Source: Felis catus
Taxonomy: Eukaryota
Assembly (NCBI RefSeq): GCF_018350175.1
Contig: NC_058369.1
Span: forward strand, 17,858,001 to 17,922,000
Direction: 5' to 3'
DNA: 64,000 nucleotides
Position 1 is the first letter of the stretch, and the number at the start of each line of letters is the position of its first letter. A program made the translations under genes and the position numbers. Of this stretch, positions 1 through 12,100 are shown one piece after another. The notes below the pieces were generated by a model. The model did not search any database. It saw only the letters and a program-made list of their open reading frames with translations, and was not told the origin of the DNA.

Positions 1-78
1 CCTCAAGTTTGGGGACCTCAAGTTTGGGGAGGGAGGTCAGAGGTCTAGGTCAGGGCACAAGTGGGGGCAGGAACTCAC

Positions 79-2084
79 TGGGCAAGGTCACAGGTACACC
101 ACCAGCAGTTGTGCACACTCTCCGGGAAACAAGGGGCAGCAGTGTCCTCAAGATACTGAAGTCGTTGACGAAGAAGAAGAAATCACTGGTCGGCTGTGAG
201 GCAACTCGCTTCAGCTCCTCGGGGTCGGCGTTCTTGATGCCTGAGGTGATGCCCAATCAGAGCTCAGCTGTCCACATGCCCTCTGACTGGCCCCTGCCAT
301 AGCCCACTTGTCACCCCAGATGGGTACTCACCCACAGCAAACAGCTTGACCCCCTGCCCCTTCAGCCGCTGGGCAGCCGTATCCACCAGGTCCTGCGACT
401 TCCCATCTGTGATGAGGATGCAGACCTGGGGCAGGTGCCAGGGGTAAATCAGTGCTGCCTCAGGCAGCTAACTTGGTGGGGGGAATGGTAGGGTGGGAGA
501 TCACCTTGGGGACACCAGGTCGGGCCAGCTGGGGCAGGAAAATGTGGTCAGCCACGTGGAGAATTGCAGCCCCCGTGCGCGTGTTGCCCCCCTTGTAGCT
601 GAGCTCACGGATGGCTCGGATCACCTCGCCCCCTGAGCCTGAGCCAAGTGCATCGAGGCCAAACTCCGTCCTGCAACAGGGGAGGGAAGGTGGCAACAGG
701 TGGCAACAGACATTCTCTGGCCCTGGCCTCTAAGAGGCTCTGGGTGAGGCCTGTGAATATCAGGCCCCCTTGAGGGTCCTCTTGGTTCTGTGACTCCTGC
801 CCTCCACCTCTGAAGCCATTAAGTTAACAAACTCCTCTGATACCCCTCTGTGCTCTGCTGGTGGCTGGAGCTCTTGGAGCTCGCTGCCTCGGGAAGCAGG
901 ATGTCTAGTTAATTAAGTAATTGTGGGAGGAAGGGTCTAGTCGTAGGGAGGTGGATGTTGGCCAGACAGGGAGGCCCTGTGTGAGGGGAGAGGCAGAGGG
1001 CTGGAACATGGAGAGTTCAGTAGGCAGGGGGCATCTGAGGCCCCTGGGCTCTCCATCTCCAGATTAGAAAAGACAGCCTCGTCTTTGGCAGGACAATAGA
1101 CTGAAGGTGTCTCAGGTGTGAGGACTCTACCTGGGAGATCCCTGCCTCTGTCTCCACAGGATTTCCTGGCCAGGGGCGGGGCGGGGGGGGGGGGCGGGGA
1201 GGGTGTCTCTGGGTTCCTGAAAACCTGGCCTAGGGGTTTCGGGGCTCTCTGCTTCTGGGGGGAAGAGTCTTGGCCAGATCTCTGGGTTCCCAGCTCCAGG
1301 GGCTACCACTCACCGTGGATCGTCGCTATACTGCACAGCAGCAAAGCGCACACCTTGTGCACTGGCTGCCCCAGAGAATGGAAGCACCAGTCCCTCCAGG
1401 AAACCACGCACTTCACGGAAGTTGCCACGGCCGATAGACGAAGAGCCATCAAGTAGGAACACGATGTCAGCAGCATAAAGGCGAGTGCAGGTCACTGGGG
1501 CAGGGAGGAGCCATCATGCTTTTTTCTTGGAGCCCACCCACCCCTCCCTGCACTATGGTCCCTCCGCACTAGGGGCTGGGGAGGATGGAGTAGGCCTCAT
1601 CAGCTAAGCCAACCGGCGCAGGCCTCCTTGGGCCTGGGAGACTTGGAGGGTGGCACGGAGGGGCCCAGAGCAGACTCTCCATGGAGGACTGGTGTGTTTA
1701 GAGAAGGGAGAGCCACGGACGCAGGTGTGGATCTGGGGGCTGGGGTTGGCCTCAAGGGGCCAGGGTGGAGTGACAGAGAGTAGGCGACCCAGTGCACATC
1801 TGGGGAGCCAGAGTTTGAGACCCATTAGAATAGGATGCCGTTTGGGAGAGCCAGCACGGGGTTGCAGCGGGGGGGTTTGGGAAGTGGGGGGAGAGTTAGC
1901 AGAGATGCGGGGAGGGTCGTGGTGGTGGGGGGTCCCGGATGAAAGCCACAAGTGACAGGGTGCAGCGGCTTGGACGGCGTCCTTCCCGGCGGTGCCCACC
2001 TCTCTCCCTCTGCTGGGCCCGCACTCGGAGCGCCCCTGCCAGGATCCCGGCGCAGAGCGCGGCCACCAGCAGCGGCAGCCTCAT
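79..2084 (-). CDS. COL7A1: Collagen type VII alpha 1 chain, 5' part (coding exons 1-5: signal peptide and VWA1 domain); gene continues past the left edge
   Basis: ATG at 2084 (MRLPLLVAALCAGILAGALRVRAQ). GT-AG exons in frame: 2084-2000, 1494-1314 (TCTRLYAADIVFLLDGSSSIG, VWA DxSxS), 670-505, 425-332, 240-79 (GIKNADPEELKRVASQPTSDFFFFVNDFS). Peptides match known COL7A1. Confidence 0.97.
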
Positions 2085-2700
2085 CCTGGGTGGGGGAGTC
2101 GGTCAGCCAGGCCCCCGGCTCTTTCCCTCGGCCCGCGGCTGTGGCAAGTCCGAGCCCAGCGCTCCCCCAACCCTAACCCGGGTCTTGCCTGCCGGTCTGT
2201 CTGTCCCCCGGCTCCCGCCGCCGGCCGTTGCTGCGGTCCCGCCGCCACGGCAGAGAAAAAGTCCCTGATCCCGGGGGGCGGAGCTGCGGGCGGGGTCCCA
2301 GGCGGCCCGCCCCCACCCTGCGTCCCAAAGGACGCCGCCCCCACCTCCCCTGCCCGACAGAGGATCTGAGTCTACTTAAGTGTAAAGCCCCCCACCTCCT
2401 GTGGCTTCCGGGACTCCCCGGGAAGGCTCTTGACAAATGCTGAGGGAAACCTCTCCAACTCTGTCTAGGGTGAGAAGTCTTGGCTGCTTTAAGGTCAGAG
2501 TGACTAGTGACATGACTGCTGGAGGCTGGAATTCAAATAGGTTCCTGGGGACAGAGGAGACAGCAGGATGGTGGTGGGGGTAGGCTGCAGCTGGAGATGA
2601 CTCACCCCGCACCCTATGGGGGTGCCCAGACAAGCCTTCAGGCCATGAGTCCCGCCGGCCACTCCTGTGATTCAGCCATCCCTCTGTCTGTTGGATCTCC
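1960..2700 (-). promoter_or_regulatory. COL7A1 CpG-rich 5' region and proximal promoter
   Basis: CpG-dense around exon 1 with GC boxes (~2275-2345), kB-like GGGAAACCTC (~2444), AP-1 TGACTCA at 2598-2604 and CAGAC Smad-type boxes. Motif matches only; TSS not determined. Confidence 0.55.
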
Positions 2701-5700
2701 TGTGCCCCACCCCAAACCCCTTGACAGCCAGAACAGACAGCCCCCAGGGAATGAGGTGCTCTGGGCTCATCCCAGGGAAACCAAGGCACCACTGGTCTGC
2801 ATCTGAAAAATGCCCACCCACCCCCTCACCCCCACCTTAGGAGGGGGAAGCCAGGAGGAGAGATTCTGTGTCATGCATATGCATAGGTGTCTACCCCAGT
2901 ACCCCACACCCCCTACCATGCCCTAAACCAGTCCCAGGCAGATGCCATCCAGCTGTGCTTGTAGGGACCGGGATTGTCCATATGTGCAGGGTGGGACCAC
3001 CCACAGTGACAGCTCAGCTCTCTGGAATCCACCCCTTCCTGCCTACACCCCCACTGGTGGCCCTGTGCTGCTCTAAGTCCCCCTAACTACATGTTCTCAT
3101 TCTGGCCTGCCAGAGTCTCCTCCTTCACTCTGTTCTTCCCAAAGACCTTCTTCCACCCATTAACCCCACCAGGCCCAGAGGCCACTGTGGGCCCTCCCTC
3201 CTTTCCTCACTGCCCTCAGGGGCCACCTGTGGCTGCCACCTTTATAACTGCCCTTGCCCCACAGCTCTCCCCTTAACCAGCCTGACTTCCCACCCATCTC
3301 CCTCGACTGGCTTCTGTGGCTGTAGACAGTCCCCTTGAACGCATCTCCAGGTCACAAATACTACCCAGAGGAGGTGAATCTTTGTACATGCGTGTCTTAT
3401 AGGGGAGTGACACCAAGGCAGAGATAGTCCCAAGAACAGCAGGCCCCATTTTTTGTTTGTTTTCCTGCCAGTCCTAGAGAATTCTGAGAAGCCCACAAAG
3501 TATGTCTATACTCATCACTGCCACCGGGCCCCTTCTGACTGCCTGGCCCCAGCCCTCTCCTGGGAATCAACAGAATGAGTGGGGAGAGATGGGGACAGCA
3601 CTTCATCTTCCCTGGGCTCCTTCACGGCCTGGGGTCTCTGGTATGGCCAGAGCTGGAGGCAATGAAGACCATCATGCTGTCCGTTTCCCTACTGCCCGTA
3701 AGACTGAAGCTACAGAATGACCCCTTTTATTACTGAACCCTCCCCCTCATGGGATACAGTGCTGTGACCTATGGGGCCCAGAACCTTTTTCCAAGGTCAT
3801 GGTCTCCTCAGCTATGTCCCAGGACCCACACCCCTTGAAGCTATCCGGTAGGTGAGTGCAGCAGAAAACCAGACACAATCTCCCTACAGTCCCCAAGACC
3901 CTTAGCTCCTCTTGTACAGCAGAGGACACATACAGTATGGTCACACACACGGTCTAGCCTTTAGGGAGACTGGACACCCGGCTGAGAAGGTATCAGGACC
4001 ATGATGTGCCCCTGAAAGGAAGGGCTGCCTGCTGCATGAGGATCTTTCAAACGGTGCTGAGAGAGGCTGTTAGGGAGGTTTGAGCACAGGTGGGGATGGG
4101 TGTGAAACGAGCTCCCAGGAGGCCCATGAGCAAATGTGACCCTCTGAGACCACTGGCTCCAACCTCCCGGCAGGCACACACACTAGGGCACAGCTCCTGA
4201 GCTCAGCTCCTTCCATCTGGGTAGTGGGGCCCCAGAGTTCTGTCCTTCTTCTCACATTCCCCAGACATTTGCTTCTCTGGCTTCAGTCACTACCTCTGCC
4301 AGGTGGCACCACATCTCTAACAGGGGCTTTATTTCAGGATTCCAGCCCCACACATCCCACTGTCCGGACACCTCCAAATTTCTCATCAGAACTGTGACCA
4401 AAGCTAGGCAGGTTATCATCTTCCAGGGTACCCCTCCTCTGGGGTACCCCGGCCCCTTTGGGGCTGCTGTCCTGCTTGTCCCCTGAAGCTCGCTCCAGCT
4501 CTTCCTACAGCTGTGACCACTGCTCTACCACACTGCAGCTCACTAGTGTGCCACAGAAATCCAGCCTGAGAGTCCTTGTGCTAAGTCTCAGGCTGCCCAA
4601 GTCACTTCTCTTCCCAGTAACCTCCAATGCACCTCCTCCAACATGCCTCCAGAGTAAAGAGCAAATTCTCTGGCTTGGTGTGCAAGACCCATTAGGACCA
4701 GATCACTTCCAGGCGCTTGGGCTCTCTTGTGTGTCCAGCACACCTGGAGCCTTTGAAGACCATGCCTGGGCTTAGAAATCAAGCCCCACATTCCAGGAGC
4801 TCAAACTTTAGACCAAGATTAAGCATTTGCTGTTTCCCAGATCAGGTGTGTTGCATCTGTAAGCACCCAGGGTGGGTCTGTCAGAGTTCTGTGCTGTCCA
4901 GCAGGTTCTCTTGAGCCAATCGCACAAAGCAGGAGGATGACCTGAATCCTGGATCCAGCTTTGGGCTCTAGAAGGCGCTTGAAAGTTATTTCCTAATTGA
5001 CAACTGGTGGCAACAAAGAGATGCGGGGGGGGAGGGGGGGGGGAAGCACTGGGGCAGGGCAAGAGTGATTCAAGAGTTGTTTTGGCCACTACAGGACTGG
5101 GAGGCTGGGTGACTTTTGAAGAGCCCACTTCTCAACAACCCTTGTCCCAGGACCCTGCTCCCAACTGATTGCCAGCAGCACTTCTCGTAGGAGAATCCAG
5201 CCTCTCATTTCCACTTCCCTCCTGGGCTCCCAGGGAACTTGACTGCAGAAGGGCTGGGGACACAGGAAGAAGGGCCCACCTGCCCACCTGCTTTGTGGGA
5301 CCAGGGCCTGAAGGTGGTGGCTGGGGGGACTAGATAGCTGAGAGCTCCACCGGGTCCTGGCTGCCTAAGGGAGATGGGAAGGGGATCATCAGGCCAGCAG
5401 CTCAGGACTTGCCTGGGACAGATCTAGTCAAGGGAGGGGGGCTCAGGCCCCACTGAGCTCAGGGCTATTCTCGGAGCCTGAGTCAGCGGCAAATCGAGGC
5501 AAAGGATTCTTGCCCTGCCTGTCCAGGCAACAGTTAGAAATCAAATAGGAACACTATGCCCCAGGCTATCCTCCTCCCAGAATCCAGAGTAAACCTATGA
5601 AGGAGGCTTCCTCAGGGACAGTCCTTAGCCCTTCCTGGTCCATCCAGGGAACCGGGGACTGCCAGAAGGCGATTGCACAAGGCCCACATCAAAGCGCTTC

Positions 5701-6030
5701 CCTCCTGAGCCACCAGAGTTCCCAAGCTGGGACCTCTACCAGGGCAAAAGCATGGGTTCCCACACCCTACTCTTGGGACAGACTAGTCAGGAGCATACCC
5801 CATGTGGCTAAGTGGAAACATCTGGCTTCAACTCCTGCAGGCATCAAAGGCTTCCGGCTTCTGTGCTGTGGCCCCCACGCTTGCCCCTGGCTGAGGATAC
5901 ATCAGCATGTGGGAAGATGGAAGGATCTGGGGGATACACAACTGGAGGGAAGTCCCTGCTCCCCCATCCACTGCCCAGTGGACTCCATGGCAATGTGAAG
6001 AGAAGAACAACGCAGTTCTCAACACAGGCT

Positions 6031-6036
6031 TTTATT
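6031..6036 (-). terminator. UQCRC1 polyadenylation signal AATAAA
   Basis: tttatt on plus, about 110 nt past the stop codon, followed by GU/U-rich sequence on the minus strand. Confidence 0.85.
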
Positions 6037-6146
6037 GGAGGTAAGGTAATCCGCACACAGGTCTGAAGAGCTGAGGTGGTATGTTAGGGGGCGGGAGGTA
6101 GACCATGAACCCCGGCCCCGCCCTCTTGCCTGCACAGCCTTCCAGC

Positions 6147-9100
6147 CTAGAAACGCAGCCAGAACATGCCGCTACGGATCCGGTTGTAGTCTGGGAGCTG
6201 CTCAATGGGGCCTGTGGGGATAGGGTGGGGCGTCAGGGTGGGGTGCCTGGCCTGCACAGGGACACCTGGCCCTGTGCCGCACCCGATCCAGGGCTGCCCG
6301 GAGCAGCACAAGACAGGCTCTGAGTGGAAAAAAAGGAAAAGCACATTCCCCCAGGGGTGCTGAGCCTGTCCCTTCATGCTCCCTGGCTCTTGGAGCCCCA
6401 CCCCATACATGGAGGTGTCCGTTACCTGGCGGGTGTGGAGTATTGATGGAGGCACCTTGGCAGGGAGTCAGGGAGCTGCTGGGACAGGTTTTCTGAGCAA
6501 CAACTCCCTGGCAGCCAGGCTATTGGGCAGAGCCTCTCAGGGGCCTCAGTTTGCTGCTGCCAGGATAGGCTAGGGGGTGGGGGAGCAGAGGCAGAAGGGG
6601 AGCCTAAGAGGAGACCTGAGAAGGATAAAGAACAGGCCCTCTAGGCCACTCACCAAATCCAGCCACTGCTGGACACTGATCATAGAAGTACTTGGAGCAG
6701 ACATCACGTACCACACTGGCATCCACTTCCTGCAGGGTGAGACAGAGCACGCCAACTGACAGGCAGGCTCCTGGGACCACCTCAGCCAGTCAACACTACC
6801 CAGCCGACCAAGATCTTCCATACGAACCATGGCACTGCCCCCTTACCCAAAGGGGAAAGGCGGCAGGGCCCTCCTCCTGTAGACCGCCACAGGCCCCACC
6901 CATCTCCTCAGCCATCAGTGCCTCTGCCCTGCCCTCCACTTATGCCACCCCTGCTGGTGACGCTGCCTAGGACATCAGGGAAGCCTACGGGAGCAATCTG
7001 CACCGTCAGGCCTCAACTCCCCGCCCTTTGGGGAGCCTGCCAGGTCTAGACTCCAGAACATCTCCCAGGGGCCCTCGTTACCGCAATCCGGCTTTCCCAC
7101 TCAGCCAGGGGAATGCGGCGGCCATAGGTCAGGAGACTACGTCCGATGTCCTCACACACAGGAGTGGTGCCTGCAAGGTCAGGGGAGGCTTCCAGGTCCA
7201 CCCGGTCCAGTCCCGGACAACAGGCACACAGTGAAGCTCTGGCTCCAGGCTGACACTGGGACTGTGCTCAGACTCCAGATCCCAACCCTCACTTCTACAG
7301 CCATCTGCTACCGTAGCGATGGGCTGTTGTTGACCTGGCCCACCCACACCTGTATCTGACATGCCAAGCCCCTGGGGGTGGGAGTGGGGTATGGCACAGC
7401 CTTCAAAGTTTGCCTTTCCCATCTTAGTTGGGAATGGTGGCTACACTGGGGCTGTCCCTGCCAGGATGCGCTCCACCTCCTCCCCACAGGGCTGCTGCAC
7501 TCACCATCCAGATGAGACACCAGGGCATTTCGGAGGATGTTTTTGCCCCGGAGCACCTCACTCTCTGTGGCACTGGTGCACAGGCGCATCCTAAAAGGGC
7601 AGGGGATGGGATGGTCATCCCAAGAGACCGTGCTGTCTCCTAGCCCCTCACTGTCCTCAAAGGCCCCTCCTGCACCCAGCAGTACTAGGGTGACACTCAC
7701 CACTGGCCTTGCAGGAAGAACATCATGTCATCGATTTTCATGCGATCGCAGACAAAGTGTGCACCCAGCAACCCAGTGTCTGCGTAGCAGATATTGAAGG
7801 TCTGGAAACTCTGGCACAGCTTGTTGGCCACGGCGACTGCAGCCAGTGGGCTGGACAGGTGCTACCGGGGCAAGGACCATCAGCACCCACCCTCCTGCCT
7901 GTGGTCCACACCCTGAACCCCAGTACAGGAGCCCAGGGCCTGACACCCTCTGTTCCTTGAGGACAAAGTCCCGTGCCCGCCCTGGCACTCACCATGCCAC
8001 CACCATAAGTGCAGTCATAGTGGCCAATGATGGCATTGGCTACTTGGAGGGCCACGTTGTCCGGGTTGGCCCAGCCAGGCCCCTCTACCGCAATAGCCAC
8101 ATGGGCCAATGGCAGAGCATCGTCGCGGTGGCGGATCTGAAACAGTACATGGCGAGACTGAGGGACGGCCACAACGTCCGGGCGACGAGAAAAGGTACAG
8201 GGTGTGGGTGAAGCATGCCCATGCGCGCGTGAACGTGTGTGCTTGTGAGGCAGCAGCCACAGGACCCGTTCACAACTCCTGAGGCACCTTTGGTGTCATG
8301 AAGATAACCTTGTACGCAAGCATCCTTCCAGAGGCCCCAGCTGAGAACACTACCCCTGCCCACAAGGCCACCCACCTCGCTGCCAGTGAAGCGGCATGGA
8401 GCAAGAGTGGGCACAGCGTCCTCTGTGTATGTCTCAGAGACGCTGCTGAAGTGCTTCTGGGCGAGATCTACCAGCTGCCGGTGCTCCACCCCTGCCGAGA
8501 CAGAGAGCATGGTTACCAGTCAGGGGACTCACGCACAGGGGGAGGACCCCACGTCCCATCTTGCTGGGAGACGGCAGAAGGAAAACAGGACATCAGGACA
8601 GGGTGAGGGAAGAGAATCCGCCACAGACAGACTCCGCCTCACAGGCAGGGCAAGCACCTCAGGGTCGAACAGCATCCGTCACCTCAACCACAGGGAAGCA
8701 GCTGCATGCTGCGCCTGAAGGTGGGTCCTCACGGGATGCGTTCTCACCAACATCAAGGACGAGATGGGGGCTCCCTGGGCACAAGGCCACCTGTCCTGCT
8801 TTGCCCCTCTGGCCCTTCCTCAAGCCGATGGGGGCTGCTGCCCTGTGGGCAGTGGCAAATGAGAGGACACAAAGAGGTGCTACTGCAGGGCCGTGACCAG
8901 CTCCGGGTACGTTTATAAACAACATTGTAATTTCAGGCCCTCAGGACCCCTGCAGACTTCACACCCTCGCCTTGACAAGAGGAGGCCTCTGCTGCTCTAG
9001 CATCTCGACCCGTAGGTGCCCGGACCCCACTGGACTCAACACAATCTCACATGGCACTAGCTTACACTGCCCTTGGTTCCCAGGTTCCCAGGCCCTGAAG

Positions 9101-12100
9101 CCACCAATCATGCTCTTTTCATCAGTCCTTTTCACCCATCCAACTGCCAAGACCACAAGCTAGAGAAACATCCTTAATCTCACCCTCCCCACCACGGCCA
9201 GACCTCCTGCAGATTTCCATCGATAGAACTATCCTGAGTCCATCCACCTCCCTCCCTTGCTCCTGCTGCCTCCCACCAGAAACATGCCACAGCCCCTCCT
9301 TGGCTGGCCTGCCTCTGCTTGGGCCCCCCATGTGGCAGCCAAGTGTCAGGCCATGACACCGCCCTGCCCCTCTGCTCAGGCTCCCTACTCCTCACCTGAA
9401 TGACACCCCCATTCCTTAGACCTCAGTTCCAACAATAATGTGTTCCAAGAGCACCCCCTAACCTCCAACTCTGGGTCCTCCATTTCAGTCCCCCTGCCAC
9501 TGGGTGCCTCCCCTTGAAGGCACTTCCCGGTTTGTCATTGAATGTGTGTTGTCACACCCCAGTGTCTGGCCTGCCCACTAGCAAAGCTATAAGGAACAAA
9601 CCTGGGGCTAGTATCTCCCACCAGCCTGCAAACTGGATCTCCTAACACAGGTGGGGCTGAGAAAGGCCTATACTAATGAGGGGGAGCAGCATCCCTATGT
9701 GGCAGGTCCCAGTGGTGGTGGTAGGGCAGAATGCCATCCCACCTCAGAGAGCATGGGAGAGAGATCACTCTCCACAAGAACAAGACAGGAACAGGGTGCC
9801 CAGGAGTGGAAGATCCCTTGTGGTCAGAACCAAGAGACCTGGGCTCCAGTAAGCAAGGCTGGTGCCAACGCACCCATTACCACAGGGCTTCAGTGAGCCC
9901 ATCACTCACCTCCGGCTGCTGCGAGCACCATGCGAGGGGCCTTGTAATGCCTGCTGACATACTCGGTCAGGTCTGCACGAGATAGCTTCCTGCAAGACAT
10001 ATGGCCAATGGCTTAATGCCTCTCCCAAACCACAGCAGTCTGGGTCTCACAAAACAGTGCCGAGGAGATAGACAAGGGAAGACATGGCTTCTCCGGGGAG
10101 CAAGCCCTAGCACAGCCCTCAATCCCCTTTCTCATCTCTGCCGACCAGTCCTCTGGGGCCCCGCTTCACGTCTGCCTTTAGGTCAGGCTCAGTCCTTCCT
10201 CTCTGAGGAGGGGGTGAGCTGATGCTGTGAGGTTCTCAAGGGGCGGTATCAGTGCGTATCCCACCCGGGAACAAGGAGCCACACAGATTCCCAACGCTCC
10301 CTCCCTCAGGATTTCAGGACACGCACAGAATCATACCCTACAAAGAAGCCCGCAATGTGAGTGAAGACCGTACAGGTATTTTAAAAGCCCTGCAAGGACC
10401 ACAGGGCACAGAGAAAACATTTCCAGTTGTGCAAATTAAGAACGTATAATAGCAAAGGGCAACTAAAACCAAACTCGTGTGGACGGGGCTTGAACACATT
10501 CCAGCACAGGCCCAGCCAACCCTCACCTGACATTCCCACTGGGCCCCTCCACAGCCTGGGCTAGAGGTGTGCCCTGGAATGCTGTGGCGTGCAGGTAGTC
10601 AAAGACCACGTCCCGCATACATGCATCATTCTCCTGCAGCTCCTGTAGGATCACATCACGCTCCTTCTCAATCTGGGAGTCTTCTAGGGCACAGTTCTGC
10701 ACAATGTCGGCCAGGAGCTCCACAGCTGGACGTGAGAAGGGCAGGTTTGGGAACCAAAGGGCAGGTGGGGCCACTGCAGGCCAGTAACAGCACAAACCCC
10801 CCAGGCCTGGCATGCCTGCATGCCCTGCGGCAAGGATCTGCTGTCATGGTAACCCCACTCTTCAGCCAGGCCAAGTTCCTGGGGGCCTGTCCTCTGTACC
10901 CCTGAAGTCCTATCCCCGTCCCTGCCCCATCCTCCAGATGTTACCTTTTGGCAGGTCCTTGGATAGCGCCTTGATGTAGTATGCTGTGTGCTCCCGGGTG
11001 CTGTAGGCATTGAGATGGGCCCCCATGCTCTCCACCTCCTTCTCCAAGGCATTGCCAGGCCGATTTTTTGTTCCCTGGAACCAGATATCAAGACGACCAT
11101 CAGGAGCCACATGGAAACTGAGGACCCCTATCTTCAAAGGCTAAAGTCCCAGCAGGACCAGTGGTCTACAGGCACCTTCCTCATCAAAGACTATGGGGAT
11201 GTACAGTCTACAGTCTGTCCTCACCAAGTGCCGAGCAGGCCACAGTATCATGGGCTAACAGAATGGAGACAGCCAGGGGCCAGGAGAGAAGGGCACGGTC
11301 AGTGCAAGTGCTGCCTGAAATCCAGAGCCCCATAGCAGCCTGATCTTACCAATCACCTTACTGACAGTCATAGCCAGATTATGTCACATCAATGTTTAGA
11401 TGACACTGCCATTACCCACTCTACCCCCATGCCATTCATATGACTGTGTATGTGCTAGTGGACACCTCTGTGGGACTCGACCCTCTGTGGGACCTCTGTG
11501 GGACCCTGTGGGACCCTCTGTGGGACCCACCCTGTGTGGGTGTTGCTGTCCACAGGCACACACACACGCATGTTGAGATCTACATACACATCTGTGATGC
11601 TGCTGCTGGCTAAGCTACCTACCCGGTCCTGCTCCACACCCCTACTGATCCATATCTCCTTCTCCATTTTTTCATTCATTCAAAAAACTCCAGACTCCAT
11701 ACCAACATGGGCTGGCTTAGGGGCTGAGGGTAGTGACTGTCCCCACCTTCAAGAAAGCTCAGTATTTACTTCTACAAACAAGAGATGTCTGGATATTCTG
11801 CCAGAGCAGAACATTTCACAAGAACACATACTTGCCTGTGTCTGTGAATTTGTTAAAACGCACGTTATCTATCTACGTGTTCGATTCCACACCAGCGTGC
11901 GCACATAACAAAGGCCTGGCCTCTCTGTGAGGAGTGGGGTTCCTGCAGCTCCCCGGGTTTTTTTCTGGCTCTAGGAGCCTTGTGCAGGGGCTGACCAGGT
12001 AAGTGCTCACTCAGGAGAGGCCAAGCCCTCATGGTTCCTTCCAGAAAGGCCAGCCAGAGATCGCCCCCCTAGCTGAAGCCCATAATTGAAGAGGTTGGCT

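Noticed and set aside
1..29. 15-bp tandem duplication cctcaagtttgggga at the window start
   Set aside because: Small intronic slippage event, possibly cut by the window edge, with no functional sign.
1173..1203. G-run tract with G-quadruplex potential in COL7A1 intron 2
   Set aside because: Common in GC-rich introns; homopolymer length is also error-prone.
2800..6000. Short ORFs and stray minus-strand AATAAA (~3726, ~4329) between COL7A1 and UQCRC1
   Set aside because: No recognisable protein motifs or exon structure; hexamers alone are not evidence.
10215..10500. Possible snoRNA or structured RNA in UQCRC1 intron 5
   Set aside because: The hairpin at ~10218-10252 relies on G-U pairs of the non-transcribed strand, and I could not identify a coherent H/ACA or C/D architecture. 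An Rfam scan would decide.
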